Both the position numbers and the translations under genes were made by a program. Under the pieces are notes generated by a model. That model had not been told where the DNA came from. It ran no database searches and saw nothing but the letters and a program-made list of their open reading frames with translations. A stretch of DNA of 64,000 nt from Gemmatimonas sp. (lineage in GTDB: Bacteria; Gemmatimonadota; Gemmatimonadetes; Gemmatimonadales; Gemmatimonadaceae). The first letter of the stretch is position 1, and the number at the start of each line of letters is the position of its first letter. Positions 39,969 to 49,586 of this stretch are shown piece by piece. The DNA lies in NCBI GenBank assembly GCA_965279375.1, contig OZ257156.1, positions 1,760,001 to 1,824,000 of the forward strand, read 5' to 3'.

Positions 39969-40727
39969 ATGGATCTCCCACAGGCCCCGTCGGGCAGCGG
40001 AAAGCATCCCGTTACCCTCGTCGTCATCTCCGCGAACGACCTTGCGGCGTCGAGTCGCTTTTACTCGAGCGTCTTCGGCTGGCAGGTGATGCCGATGTCG
40101 GCAGAAATGTCTGCTGCGGTGGCTCCGGGAGGTCCCGCGATCGCGCTACGCGGTGGAGTGCCCGCCGGCTTTCAAGGCGTCGTCCCGTTCCTTTCAGTGT
40201 CCGATGTGAAGGGGACGCTGCAACGCGTCGTTAGCGCGGGCGCGACGATCGAGCGTGCCCCGTGGACCATCCCGATGATGGGCACATTGGCACGCTTCGC
40301 GGATGTCAGCGGCACGATCTACGGACTCACCAGCGCGATGGCGCCTGTCGCGCCGGCGCGCGTTCCAATGCCATTCGGGGATAATCCCAAGCCGCCGGCG
40401 AACACGCTCTGCAGCCTCGAGATGTACGCCAAGGATGAGGCGAGTCCGCTGTTTTTCGCGCAGCAATTCGGGTTCGGGACCATGCCAACCACGCCCGCGT
40501 TCGTCGCGTTCGATGTGGGTGCAGGAATCGGCGGCGTGTTCCAGTCGCACACGCCGGCTCTGCCAGCGGTTGCGTACATCTACGCGACCGAGGTTGCCGC
40601 AACGCTTTCCCAGATCGACGCCGCCGGCGGCAAGCGGCAGGGCGATGCAATGCACATGCCGGGGATGGGTACGTTCGGTTATTTCAGCGATCCATCGGGC
40701 ACGACGATGGGGCTGATCGGGCCCTGA
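39969..40727 (+). CDS. VOC/glyoxalase family protein (two domains)
   Basis: FYSSVFGW, FADVSG and FSDPSG repeats. Confidence 0.88.
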   Translation: MDLPQAPSGSGKHPVTLVVISANDLAASSRFYSSVFGWQVMPMSAEMSAAVAPGGPAIALRGGVPAGFQGVVPFLSVSDVKGTLQRVVSAGATIERAPWTIPMMGTLARFADVSGTIYGLTSAMAPVAPARVPMPFGDNPKPPANTLCSLEMYAKDEASPLFFAQQFGFGTMPTTPAFVAFDVGAGIGGVFQSHTPALPAVAYIYATEVAATLSQIDAAGGKRQGDAMHMPGMGTFGYFSDPSGTTMGLIGP

Positions 40728-40949
40728 CGCCCGTCATCAGGCGACGGACTATCGAGACGTGACATCCGATGCTCCCGCCGTCGGTCAATCCGTTGCGCCG
40801 ACGCATCGTGATGTTGTGACAGCTCCGCAGAAGAGCGACCGAACGAAATGGCCGAGCTTGTAACGAAGCATGACGGAGCAACGCAGCGAAGTCGAGAAAT
40901 CGTTGGTGCGACACGAGTTGACGATATGGTCATGCAGTTGTTCGAGTAC

Positions 40950-40964
40950 TGGCACGATTGATGA
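40950..40964 (+). promoter_or_regulatory. Possible sigma54 promoter for the PEP-CTERM gene
   Basis: TGGCAC-GATTG-ATGA: consensus -24 element, imperfect -12. Confidence 0.4.
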
Positions 40965-41013
40965 ACGGTGCTGCACGGCCCCTGCGCTCCCACCCACATT
41001 TTCCAACTCTTCC

Positions 41014-41742
41014 ATGCTTTCGGCTACTCGTCGTACTGCGTTCAGCAGGCGCCTTTCCGCGTTCGCGCTCGTCGCTGCGGTCTCGACGAGTGCCTCTGCG
41101 CAGACCAATTCCTTTTCGACCGGGACGCAATTAGACGTCGCGTCACTCCTGTCCGCCCCGGCCACCGGCAGCACAATGGGCGGCATGCTGGTCACCTGGA
41201 CGTTCGTGGGCGTCGGGTCGGTATCGGCTACCTGGGCCGATCTCGGTGGGGGCAACTGGGGCGTCTCGTCGGGAGGGTTCAGCGTGGCGGTGGCAGCGGG
41301 CGGCAACACGTTCAGCTCTGTATGGAGACTGACCAATGCCACGAACAACCGCGTGTCATCGGTGCGCTTCAATGGTGCGCCCGGGCTCACGCTGTTCGAC
41401 TGCGCGCTTGGCGTCGGCTCCGCCGGCTGCACGGAGGACACACCTGGCTCCAACGCGGGTCGGTCGCTGTTCACGACGGGTGGTACGTATCCCGGAGCGA
41501 TTTCCGGTGTGTATGCCAACCGCGTCAGCGTCGGAGGCAATGCCGCAGTTGGCGACCTGTTTGAAGAGCTGACGGTCAACTTCGACAACGTCCTGGGGGC
41601 GCAGTCCCTGTACCAGTTCATTGCGGACACCGACAACTACGTGGCCAACACGACGGTGACACCGGAACCTGCAACGTGGGCGTTGCTGTTGTCCGGTCTC
41701 GCCGCAGTTGGCGTCGCGGCGCGACGTCGCAAGAAGGTCTGA
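41014..41742 (+). CDS. PEP-CTERM sorting-domain surface protein
   Basis: Signal peptide; C-terminal VTPEPATWALLLSGLAAVGVAARRRKKV. Confidence 0.92.
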   Translation: MLSATRRTAFSRRLSAFALVAAVSTSASAQTNSFSTGTQLDVASLLSAPATGSTMGGMLVTWTFVGVGSVSATWADLGGGNWGVSSGGFSVAVAAGGNTFSSVWRLTNATNNRVSSVRFNGAPGLTLFDCALGVGSAGCTEDTPGSNAGRSLFTTGGTYPGAISGVYANRVSVGGNAAVGDLFEELTVNFDNVLGAQSLYQFIADTDNYVANTTVTPEPATWALLLSGLAAVGVAARRRKKV

Positions 41743-41801
41743 CTCCTCCCGCGATTCGGCGCGAATGTAGGCGCAATCGCACACGCCACCGCGGGCATGA
41801 A

Positions 41802-41836
41802 AAACGGGCCGGCGCTCTAAGAGCACCGGCCCGTTT
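41802..41836. terminator. Bidirectional intrinsic terminator
   Basis: AAACGGGCCGGCGCTC-TAA-GAGCACCGGCCCGTTT. Confidence 0.8.
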
Positions 41837-41859
41837 GCTACTCGAGTACTACCACCGCA

Positions 41860-44082
41860 TCACACCGGGAACAGCATCTCGCGGTAACGCGGCAGCGGCC
41901 AGAACTCATCTCCGATGGTGACTTCAAGCGCGTCGCACTCTGCGCGCACTTCGCCCATCGTATCGCAGCCGACGCTCGTCAGGTACGTGGCCTGCGCGTC
42001 CGCGTCGTCGTGCATGTGCTCGGCCTTGGCGATCACCTTCGCCAGCTCTGCACGCTTCTTCTGCAACGACGCCAGCATCTTGCTCGTGCCGTTCGCTGCA
42101 TCGACCAGCGGCTGCACGTTGATGCCCGCGACCGAGCCCTGACCCGCGGCCGACGCGATCTGGCCGACGTACGCGTACGCGGCCGGCAGCACCTGCGTGT
42201 CCACGATCTCCTGCAGCGTGTGCAGTTCGATCAGGATGTCCTTGATGTAGCGCTCCAGGCGCACATGGTAGCGGCTCTCGAGCTCCGTCGCCGTCAGGAT
42301 CCCGGTGGACTTGAACAACGCCTTCGCGCTGTCGGTCTTGAGCTGTGCCAGCGCTTCCGGCGTCCGACGCAGGTTGAGCAGACCACGCTTCTTGGCCTCG
42401 ACCACCCATTCGTCCGAGTAGTTGTTGCCTTCGAAGCGCACGGCCGCCGTCTCCTTGAACGACGCACGCACGACCTTGAGCACCGCATCGTCCGTGCTCT
42501 TGGTGCCCTTGAGCTCCTTACGGAGGCTGTCGGTGAGCTCGGAAATCGCTTCGGCGACCGCAGCCTGCAGCAGCATGACGGGGAACGCGATGCTCTGCGA
42601 ACCGCCCACAGCGCGGAACTCGAACTTGGCACCCGTGAACGCGAACGGCGACGTGCGGTTACGGTCGGTGTTGTCCTGCTCGACTTCCGGCAGCTTGGCC
42701 ACGCCCAGCTTGAGCATCGCCTGCTCCGCATTGGTCGGCGACGTCTTGCCCGCCGCGATGTCTTCCACCACCTGCGTCAGCATGCTGCCCACGAACGCCG
42801 AGATGATCGCCGGCGGTGCTTCGTTGGCGCCCAAGCGGTGTTCGTTGCCGCTCGTGGCGATACCGGCGCGCAGGAGACCGGCGTGCTTGTGCACACCCTT
42901 GAGCACCGCCGCCAGGAAAATGAGGAAGCGAAGGTTCTGGTGTGGCGTCTTGCCCGGCTTGAGCAGGTTCGTGCCATCCAGCTCGTTGTCCGCCGTGATG
43001 GCCATCGACCAGTTGCAATGCTTGCCCGATCCATTCACGCCGGCAAACGGCTTCTCATGCACGATCGCCTGCAGGCCGTGACGCATCGCGATCTTCCGCA
43101 GGATGGCCATCACCAGCTGGTTGTGATCGGTGGCGATATCGGTGTCTTCAAAGATCGGCGCCATTTCGAACTGGCAGGGCGCCACTTCGTTATGGCGCGT
43201 GACGATCGGCACGCCGAGCTTGTAGAGCTCGAGCTCGACTTCCGTGATGCACGCCTGTACGCGCTCGGGAATGCCACCGAAGTAGTGGTCTTCGAGCTGC
43301 TGGCCGCGTGGAGGCGGCGCGCCAACGAGCGCGCGATTGGCCATCACCAGGTCGGGGCGCAGCGCAAAGTGCGCGCGGTCGATCAGGAAGAACTCCTGCT
43401 CGGCGCCGAGTGTCGTCGTCACGCGCAGTACGCCCTTGTCGCCGATCAGCTCGAGGAGCTCCTGCGCGCGATGCGACAGCACGTCGGAGCTGCGCAGCAA
43501 CGGCGTCACTTCGTCGAGCGCTTCACCGTTGTAGCCGATGAACACCGACGGAATGCAGAGATACTTGGTGCCGCCCGTCTCGCTGATGAACACGGGAGAC
43601 GCCGGGTTCCACGCCGTGTAGCCGCGCGCTTCCCACGTCGCGCGCAGGCCGCCCGACGGAAAGCTGGAGGCGTCCGGCTCGGACTGGATGAGCTGCTCGC
43701 CCGTGAACGACTCGATCGCCTGCTTGCCCTCGTCGAAATTCAGGAAGGCATCATGCTTCTCGGCCGTCAGTCCGGTCTGGGGCTGGAACCAGTGCGTGAA
43801 GTGCGACACGCCACGCGACATCGCCCACTCCTTGATCACCTGCGCGACGGTCGGCGCGATGTCGGAGTCGAGCTTTTTGCCGAGACGAATGGTGGCGGCG
43901 AGCTTTTGGTACACCGACTTCGGCAGCTTCGCGCGCATCTGGCGCAGGCTCAGCGTGTTGCAGCCGTACCAGGCGCTCGTGGGCTGCTGCACGCCATTCT
44001 CTTCCGGGCGATGCGTGGTGCGCACGGGGCGCTTGGTGACTTCGCGCAAAGCGACAGAGCGCGGATTGATCGGTGTGGCCAT
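41860..44082 (-). CDS. glnA: Glutamine synthetase type III
   Basis: HWFQPQTGLTAEKHD, EPDASSFPSGG, HNEVAPCQFE, NGSGKHCNWS, HRLGANEAPP, DRNRTSPFAFTG, terminal LPRYREMLF. Confidence 0.96.
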   Translation of the reverse strand: MATPINPRSVALREVTKRPVRTTHRPEENGVQQPTSAWYGCNTLSLRQMRAKLPKSVYQKLAATIRLGKKLDSDIAPTVAQVIKEWAMSRGVSHFTHWFQPQTGLTAEKHDAFLNFDEGKQAIESFTGEQLIQSEPDASSFPSGGLRATWEARGYTAWNPASPVFISETGGTKYLCIPSVFIGYNGEALDEVTPLLRSSDVLSHRAQELLELIGDKGVLRVTTTLGAEQEFFLIDRAHFALRPDLVMANRALVGAPPPRGQQLEDHYFGGIPERVQACITEVELELYKLGVPIVTRHNEVAPCQFEMAPIFEDTDIATDHNQLVMAILRKIAMRHGLQAIVHEKPFAGVNGSGKHCNWSMAITADNELDGTNLLKPGKTPHQNLRFLIFLAAVLKGVHKHAGLLRAGIATSGNEHRLGANEAPPAIISAFVGSMLTQVVEDIAAGKTSPTNAEQAMLKLGVAKLPEVEQDNTDRNRTSPFAFTGAKFEFRAVGGSQSIAFPVMLLQAAVAEAISELTDSLRKELKGTKSTDDAVLKVVRASFKETAAVRFEGNNYSDEWVVEAKKRGLLNLRRTPEALAQLKTDSAKALFKSTGILTATELESRYHVRLERYIKDILIELHTLQEIVDTQVLPAAYAYVGQIASAAGQGSVAGINVQPLVDAANGTSKMLASLQKKRAELAKVIAKAEHMHDDADAQATYLTSVGCDTMGEVRAECDALEVTIGDEFWPLPRYREMLFPV

Positions 44083-44187
44083 GAGCCGGGAGGTCTCCGA
44101 AAGTTGTATACGTCGAACGAATAGGCAGGGCGATACGTCGTGCGGACGATTGGGTTGCGCTGGTGTTGTATGCGGCGTGCGCAAGTC

Positions 44188-44202
44188 GCAGAAAAATGGC
44201 CA
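44188..44202 (-). promoter_or_regulatory. Sigma54-type (-24/-12) promoter upstream of glutamine synthetase
   Basis: Minus strand TGGCCATTTTTCTGC (GG-N10-GC), about 105 nt upstream of the ATG. Confidence 0.55.
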
Positions 44203-44349
44203 CTTTTTACCCAAATTCCAAGCGATCCGTGCGAACTGTTCAGCGAAACGTGCAGTTCGGGCACGCTCTGTCACATGGGCGGTCGCTGGATGCCAAACTA
44301 CCGATCAAACACCAAACACAATTGGGACGGACAGTCAGCAACGGCCTTC

Positions 44350-44958
44350 TCAGCGAATCTTCTGCACCGGCATCGGCTGCGGACTGGTGAAAATCGCGGG
44401 ATTGCTCGCCGGGTCGCTCGGCGGCTGAGGCGCGCCAGCCGTGATCGCGCGACGGACCCGTTCACGCTGCAGCTCGTCCGTGCTGAACAGCGCGATTACG
44501 AGATTCGCCGACCGAAACACCTCTGGGGGCGTTGGCCATGGCGTGACCGTGTCGCCGGGCGGCGCCAGTCGGATCGTGTCCAGCGACTTCCACTGCGTCG
44601 CGAGCGCGAGCGTGTCGTAATAGTAGAAAGCCAACAACGACGCGTACCGCCCCACCTGATAGCGCACGCCCTTGGGCGTCAGGTACTTCACCGTCACCGT
44701 GTCCTTGGCCGGCTTGAAGAAGAGCCCGGCGTGCACGATGCGGTCGACGAGGGCGCACTCCTTCCAGAGCCCATCCCGCGGGCAGAGCGAATCACCCGGC
44801 GCCGGAGCGCGCCTGACCACTGCCGGCGGTGGGGTGGCGGGCGGCGGGGCCGGCTTGTCGCCGCAGGCGGCCAGCGCCGAACAGAGCAGCGTCGGGATGA
44901 GGCCGGCGGTTCGAGCGGCGCGACGCAGAGCGAATGGAGACATGGAGGCGGTCACCAC
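44350..44958 (-). CDS. Hypothetical lipoprotein
   Basis: LAAC lipobox followed by a Pro-rich linker; start uncertain. Confidence 0.7.
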   Translation of the reverse strand: MVTASMSPFALRRAARTAGLIPTLLCSALAACGDKPAPPPATPPPAVVRRAPAPGDSLCPRDGLWKECALVDRIVHAGLFFKPAKDTVTVKYLTPKGVRYQVGRYASLLAFYYYDTLALATQWKSLDTIRLAPPGDTVTPWPTPPEVFRSANLVIALFSTDELQRERVRRAITAGAPQPPSDPASNPAIFTSPQPMPVQKIR

Positions 44959-44998
44959 GAGACTCTACGTCACTGCCCGGGAATCCGCGATGGTCGGC

Positions 44999-46246
44999 CT
45001 ACCGACGTCCCGCCAACGCCGGACGGGAAGCCGGAGCCGGCGTCGCCTCGGCCACCGCACCCAGCGTCTCGCCGGTCCAGGTGATCGCGTCGGTATAGAA
45101 CTCGCCCAGCCGGGTCGGGTCCACGCCCATGTCCCGCGCCAGCTCCGCCGCATACTCGAACATCCCCATCTCATACGACTCGGCGAACGTCAGCGCGTCG
45201 GCGTACGCCCCCGAACGGTCGAGCAGCGCTTCGGTGGCGTCGTCGCTGAGCGCCACCCGCGCGACGATGTCGGGGAGCGGCATGCGGAACACGGCGTCAA
45301 GCAGCGAGAACAGGCCGATCAGGAACAACGTCCCGGATTCGCGACCACCGCCCGAGAGCCGCTCCATCAGGCGACCACGCTCCACCGCTTGCCGCACCAG
45401 CTCCGCGTCTACGCCGCTCTTGGACTTGCGCGACGCAGCCACCGCGACGGCCAGCCAGCGCATGAACGCGTTGCGGCCAATCACCCGCAGCGCCTGTCCG
45501 ATCGAGCTCACCCCGCGCAATCCCACCGACGCCGAATTGACCAGGCGCAGCAGCTGGAACATGAGCACCGGATCGGCGGAGATGACGTCCTCGAGCTGGC
45601 GATCGTTCACGTTCGCATCCCGGGCGAGTCCCATGAGACGCATCGCCGAGACGGTGGACTGCGGAAATTCGGTGGTGGGCAGCGGCTCCGGGCGGCTGAA
45701 GAACTCACCCTGAAACGCCTCCACCGCCAAGTCGAGCGCGAGATCGTACAGCGCCTTGTCGGCGATGTGGTCGGCCATGAGTTTGGGCATCGCACCCCCG
45801 GCCGTCGCCGCTTCGATGCGCGCACGCGCGACTTCCATCGTGTCCAGTTCGGCGCCGCGCATGTCGAAGCGCACCCAAGTGGCCAATGGCACCAGCGCTT
45901 CGGTGGGCGACGGCTCCGCGGTGATGCCACCCAACGCGATCGCGCCCTTCTTTTCGCGGAAACGGAGCACCGCCGCCACGACGTCGGCGTCGATCGTGAG
46001 GTCCCGCGGCAGCAGCAGGATCGTCGAGGTCGGATCGGCGACCTGAAAGGCGTCATCGATCAGCTGCTGGCGCGTGCAGCTGACGAACGCCGGGAACTTG
46101 CCGCGCACCACATCGAACGTGCCGCTCAGGTAGCTCTCGGCGAACGCATCCTGGCCGTCCTCCGCATCGCGGAAGCGGATATCGTAGCCAAGCAGGGTGC
46201 CGGAGGTACCAAACAGCGGTTGACGAACGACGCAGTAGTCGGACAT
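44999..46246 (-). CDS. Degenerate EAL plus HDOD domain protein (YuxH-like)
   Basis: VRQPLF..GYDIRFR, FQGEFFSRP, DPVLMFQLLRLVNS, GLFSLLDA. Confidence 0.85.
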   Translation of the reverse strand: MSDYCVVRQPLFGTSGTLLGYDIRFRDAEDGQDAFAESYLSGTFDVVRGKFPAFVSCTRQQLIDDAFQVADPTSTILLLPRDLTIDADVVAAVLRFREKKGAIALGGITAEPSPTEALVPLATWVRFDMRGAELDTMEVARARIEAATAGGAMPKLMADHIADKALYDLALDLAVEAFQGEFFSRPEPLPTTEFPQSTVSAMRLMGLARDANVNDRQLEDVISADPVLMFQLLRLVNSASVGLRGVSSIGQALRVIGRNAFMRWLAVAVAASRKSKSGVDAELVRQAVERGRLMERLSGGGRESGTLFLIGLFSLLDAVFRMPLPDIVARVALSDDATEALLDRSGAYADALTFAESYEMGMFEYAAELARDMGVDPTRLGEFYTDAITWTGETLGAVAEATPAPASRPALAGRR

Positions 46247-46379
46247 GGCCAGGATGAAGGCGACGAAACGATGATCGCTGAGCGATTGGGGGTGGCGCAG
46301 ACGCGGCCTTGGTGGCGAGTGTTCGACGACTGAGCGCCCATTCCGGGCACGCATCGATTTTCTCCCCTCACGCCCCGAC

Positions 46380-46856
46380 ATGAGTCTCGCCACGCTCGAT
46401 GGTACGCTCCATCGCGGCTGCGGTGGCCGCTACGCCCTGCAGAACGAAACGGTCACCCTGCGCATCAGCGGCATGGCCGCCGAAGTCTCGCGCGAGTTCT
46501 TCCGCTGCGAGAAGTGCGGACATGACAACCGGACCATCGATCAGCGGGACGTCTCCGAAAAGGCGGCCATCGACCAGATTCGCGCCCAACACGACCTGCT
46601 CGCGCCACGCGCCATCCGCCAGCTGCGCGAGTCGTTGGGGCTGACAGTCGCGCAGTTCGCGGAGCTTTGCTACGGCACCCCCAAGGGGATCGTGGAAGGG
46701 TGGGAGAAGGGGAAGTATCTGCAGAACCGCGAAGCCGACGCACTCGTGCGCAGTCTGGCCGATCGTGAAACTCTCGAGCGTCGCGCTGCGAAAGCTGGAG
46801 TGACTCTGCCAGTGCTGGAGTCCGCCCCCGCCACCGCATCCGTCACCCCGGAGTAG
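46380..46856 (+). CDS. MqsA/YgiT-type zinc-ribbon plus XRE HTH protein
   Basis: HRGC...CEKC zinc ribbon; IRQLRESLGLTVAQFA..WEKG HTH. Confidence 0.8.
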   Translation: MSLATLDGTLHRGCGGRYALQNETVTLRISGMAAEVSREFFRCEKCGHDNRTIDQRDVSEKAAIDQIRAQHDLLAPRAIRQLRESLGLTVAQFAELCYGTPKGIVEGWEKGKYLQNREADALVRSLADRETLERRAAKAGVTLPVLESAPATASVTPE

Positions 46857-46858
46857 TC

Positions 46859-47782
46859 ATCGCCATCATCGAGACCGCATCGCTCACCCGCCGCTACGGC
46901 TCCGTCGTCGCGCTCGATGCGATGACGGTCTCGATCGAGCCGGGGATCACCGGCCTCGTGGGAGCCAACGGCGCAGGCAAGAGCACGCTGGTCAAGATCC
47001 TCCTCGGCTTGGTCGAGCCGACCAGTGGCTCGGCCACGCTGCTCACGCATGACGTGGTGCGCGACCGCAGCGTCATTCGCGCGCTGGTGGGCTACATGCC
47101 CGAGCACGACTGCCTGCCGCCGGACATGAGCGCAACCGAGTTCGTCACGTGGCTCGCGCGCTGTTCGGGATTGCCGCAGGGAGCCTCGCGGGAACGCGCC
47201 GCGGAAGTGCTGCGACATGTGGGGCTGTTTGAAGAGCGCTATCGCCCGATGGGCGGCTACTCCACCGGCATGGCGCAACGCGTCAAGCTCGCGCAAGCGC
47301 TCGTGCACGACCCGCGGCTGCTCATTCTCGACGAACCGACCAACGGCCTCGATCCCGCCGGTCGCGACGAAATGCTCGCGCTCATTCAGCGCACCGGCAC
47401 TGAATTCGGCATGTCCGTACTCGTCTCCTCGCACCTGCTCGGCGAACTCGAACGCATTTGCGATGGCGTCGTGCTGGTGGATAACGGACGACTCGTGCGC
47501 GCCGATCGACTCGGCGCGATCACCGGCGAGACAGGAACGCTCGTCGTCGAGATCGACGGCGATGCAGACACCTTTGCCGCGCGCCTGCGTGAGCGCGGGT
47601 TGGTCGCGAGGCCCGAGCGCCAGCGTGTGCTGGTGCAACTCGTCGCCGTCGAAGCTGGTGCTGATTCCGACTCGGCGATGCATGCCGTGTACGACGCCGT
47701 CCGTGATGCGGCGGTGGCAGAGTCGGCCGGTCTCCTGCGACTCGAACGTCGGCGCGGGCATCTCGAGGATTTGTTCAAGTGA
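46859..47782 (+). CDS. ABC transporter ATP-binding protein
   Basis: GANGAGKS, YSTGM, LILDEP, SSH; ABC-like N-terminus extends upstream of the first ATG (46922). Confidence 0.92.
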   Translation: MAIIETASLTRRYGSVVALDAMTVSIEPGITGLVGANGAGKSTLVKILLGLVEPTSGSATLLTHDVVRDRSVIRALVGYMPEHDCLPPDMSATEFVTWLARCSGLPQGASRERAAEVLRHVGLFEERYRPMGGYSTGMAQRVKLAQALVHDPRLLILDEPTNGLDPAGRDEMLALIQRTGTEFGMSVLVSSHLLGELERICDGVVLVDNGRLVRADRLGAITGETGTLVVEIDGDADTFAARLRERGLVARPERQRVLVQLVAVEAGADSDSAMHAVYDAVRDAAVAESAGLLRLERRRGHLEDLFK

Positions 47783-48654
47783 GCGTCCCGGGCGAAGTCA
47801 CGCAGCTCCACGACCTCGGCTACCGGCGCTACGACGGCACGCGTATTGGCGCGGCAGGTGCGTGGCGCGCGCTGTACGTGCAGGGGCTGCGCGCGATGTT
47901 CGGGCTCGGACGTACGGCCAAGGCGAAGATCCTTCCCGTGTTCGTGCTCGCCGCAACGATGCTTCCCGCGCTCGGCTCCCTCGTTGCATCGTCGGCGTCG
48001 TCGGGACAGATCCCCGTGCGCTACGGCATCCTGATTCAGGCACAACTCATTCTCTTCGTGCTGTTCATCGCCGCGCAGGCGCCGGAACTCGTCAGTCGCG
48101 ATCAACAGCATCGCGTGCTACCGCTGATTCTCACGCGGGAGGTCACGCGCACCTCCTACGCGACGGCGCGACTGGCCGCGATGGCGACGGCATTGTTTGC
48201 TGTGGCGATGGCGCCGTTGCTGTTGCTCTACATCGGCGAGATCGGTGTCGCGAAAGATCCCGGTGAGGCGTTCGGGCGCATGGGTACGCGCATCTTCACG
48301 TTGCTGCTGCAGGCGGGTGTCACCTCGGTCGTGCTGAGCGGCATCGGTGCGGGGTTGGCGTCGTGGACATCGCGTCGCGCGTACGCCACCGCGGCCATCA
48401 TCGGCTCGTTCCTCGTGGCAGCCGGTATTGCGACAGGTCTCGATGATCTTGCCGGCGTGTCGCCGCGGGTGGCGGAACTGCTCGACCCCGTGCGCGGTCT
48501 CCGCACCATGGCCTTCCTGCTGCTCGACGAAAAGACGCGCGGCATGGAGCTCGATCCACCGTCGCCGTGGTGGGTGTATGCGTCAACGTTGCTCGCCTTG
48601 GGAGCCGCCGGCGCAGCGCTGTTGCAGTGGCGATTGAAGAGGCTGGTGCCATGA
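47779..48654 (+). CDS. ABC-2 type permease
   Basis: About 6 TM helices; GTGA overlap with the ATPase gene. Confidence 0.85.
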   Translation: MSVPGEVTQLHDLGYRRYDGTRIGAAGAWRALYVQGLRAMFGLGRTAKAKILPVFVLAATMLPALGSLVASSASSGQIPVRYGILIQAQLILFVLFIAAQAPELVSRDQQHRVLPLILTREVTRTSYATARLAAMATALFAVAMAPLLLLYIGEIGVAKDPGEAFGRMGTRIFTLLLQAGVTSVVLSGIGAGLASWTSRRAYATAAIIGSFLVAAGIATGLDDLAGVSPRVAELLDPVRGLRTMAFLLLDEKTRGMELDPPSPWWVYASTLLALGAAGAALLQWRLKRLVP

Positions 48655-49586
48655 GCCTCGACAGAGAGAGCGAAGCGGTCGCGCTCGAGTTCGATCACGT
48701 GTCGCACTGGTACGGGGACGTCGTGGCGGTCAACGACATCTCGTGCCCCGTGGGCGCGGGGATCACCGGATTGCTCGGCCCCAACGGAGCAGGGAAAAGC
48801 ACGCTCTTGCAGTTGGCTGCGGGGTTGCTGGTGCCATCCAATGGCAGCGTGAATGTGTATGGGCAGTCGCCGACGCGCGGTCCGGAGGTCTATCGGCGAG
48901 TGGCGTTGGTGCCCGAACGCGAGGCGTTGCCGGGCATGATGACTGCGCGTGCGTTCGTGGAAGCGCGCGCCACGCTGCTCGGCGTGCGCGACATCAAGAG
49001 CGCCGTCGATCGTGCGTTGACGCTCGTGGAGCTGGACACCGTTGCCGATCGCCGTGTGGGCGGATTCAGCAAAGGCATGCGCCAACGCGCGAAGTTGGCG
49101 GCGGCGCTGGTGCACGAGCCTACGCTGGTGCTCCTCGATGAACCGTTCAACGGACTCGATCCGCGCCAGCGCGTGCACATGATGCGCCTGCTCGAAGCGC
49201 GCGCCGATGCCGGCACCGCCGTGCTGCTCAGCTCTCACATCCTCGAGGAGATCGAGGGCGTGGCGTCGCGCATTCTCGTGATGCTCGCTGGGCGGCTCGC
49301 AGCGAGTGGCGACTATCGCACGCTCCGTCGCCTCATGACCGATCAGCCACATACTGTGCGCGTGCGTTCGAGCGACGACCGCGCGCTGGCCGCGCTGCTG
49401 ATGGCCGCCCCGAGCGTGATCGGCATTGAGCTCACAAGCAGCGGACTGCTCGTGCGCGCCACCGACTATGCGGCGTTCGCGCGCGTGGTTGCGCCGGCCG
49501 CGCAGCGCGGCGGCATGACGCTGTTTGAAGTGGAAGCCACCGACGAATCGCTCGAGCATGTCTTTGCATACCTGGTGGCCCGATGA
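48651..49586 (+). CDS. ABC transporter ATP-binding protein
   Basis: GPNGAGKS, FSKGM, LLDEP, SSH. Confidence 0.93.
   Translation: MSLDRESEAVALEFDHVSHWYGDVVAVNDISCPVGAGITGLLGPNGAGKSTLLQLAAGLLVPSNGSVNVYGQSPTRGPEVYRRVALVPEREALPGMMTARAFVEARATLLGVRDIKSAVDRALTLVELDTVADRRVGGFSKGMRQRAKLAAALVHEPTLVLLDEPFNGLDPRQRVHMMRLLEARADAGTAVLLSSHILEEIEGVASRILVMLAGRLAASGDYRTLRRLMTDQPHTVRVRSSDDRALAALLMAAPSVIGIELTSSGLLVRATDYAAFARVVAPAAQRGGMTLFEVEATDESLEHVFAYLVAR

Noticed and set aside
44100..44160. Glutamine (glnA) riboswitch in the GS leader
   Set aside because: No match to the consensus as I recall it; only a short direct repeat is visible
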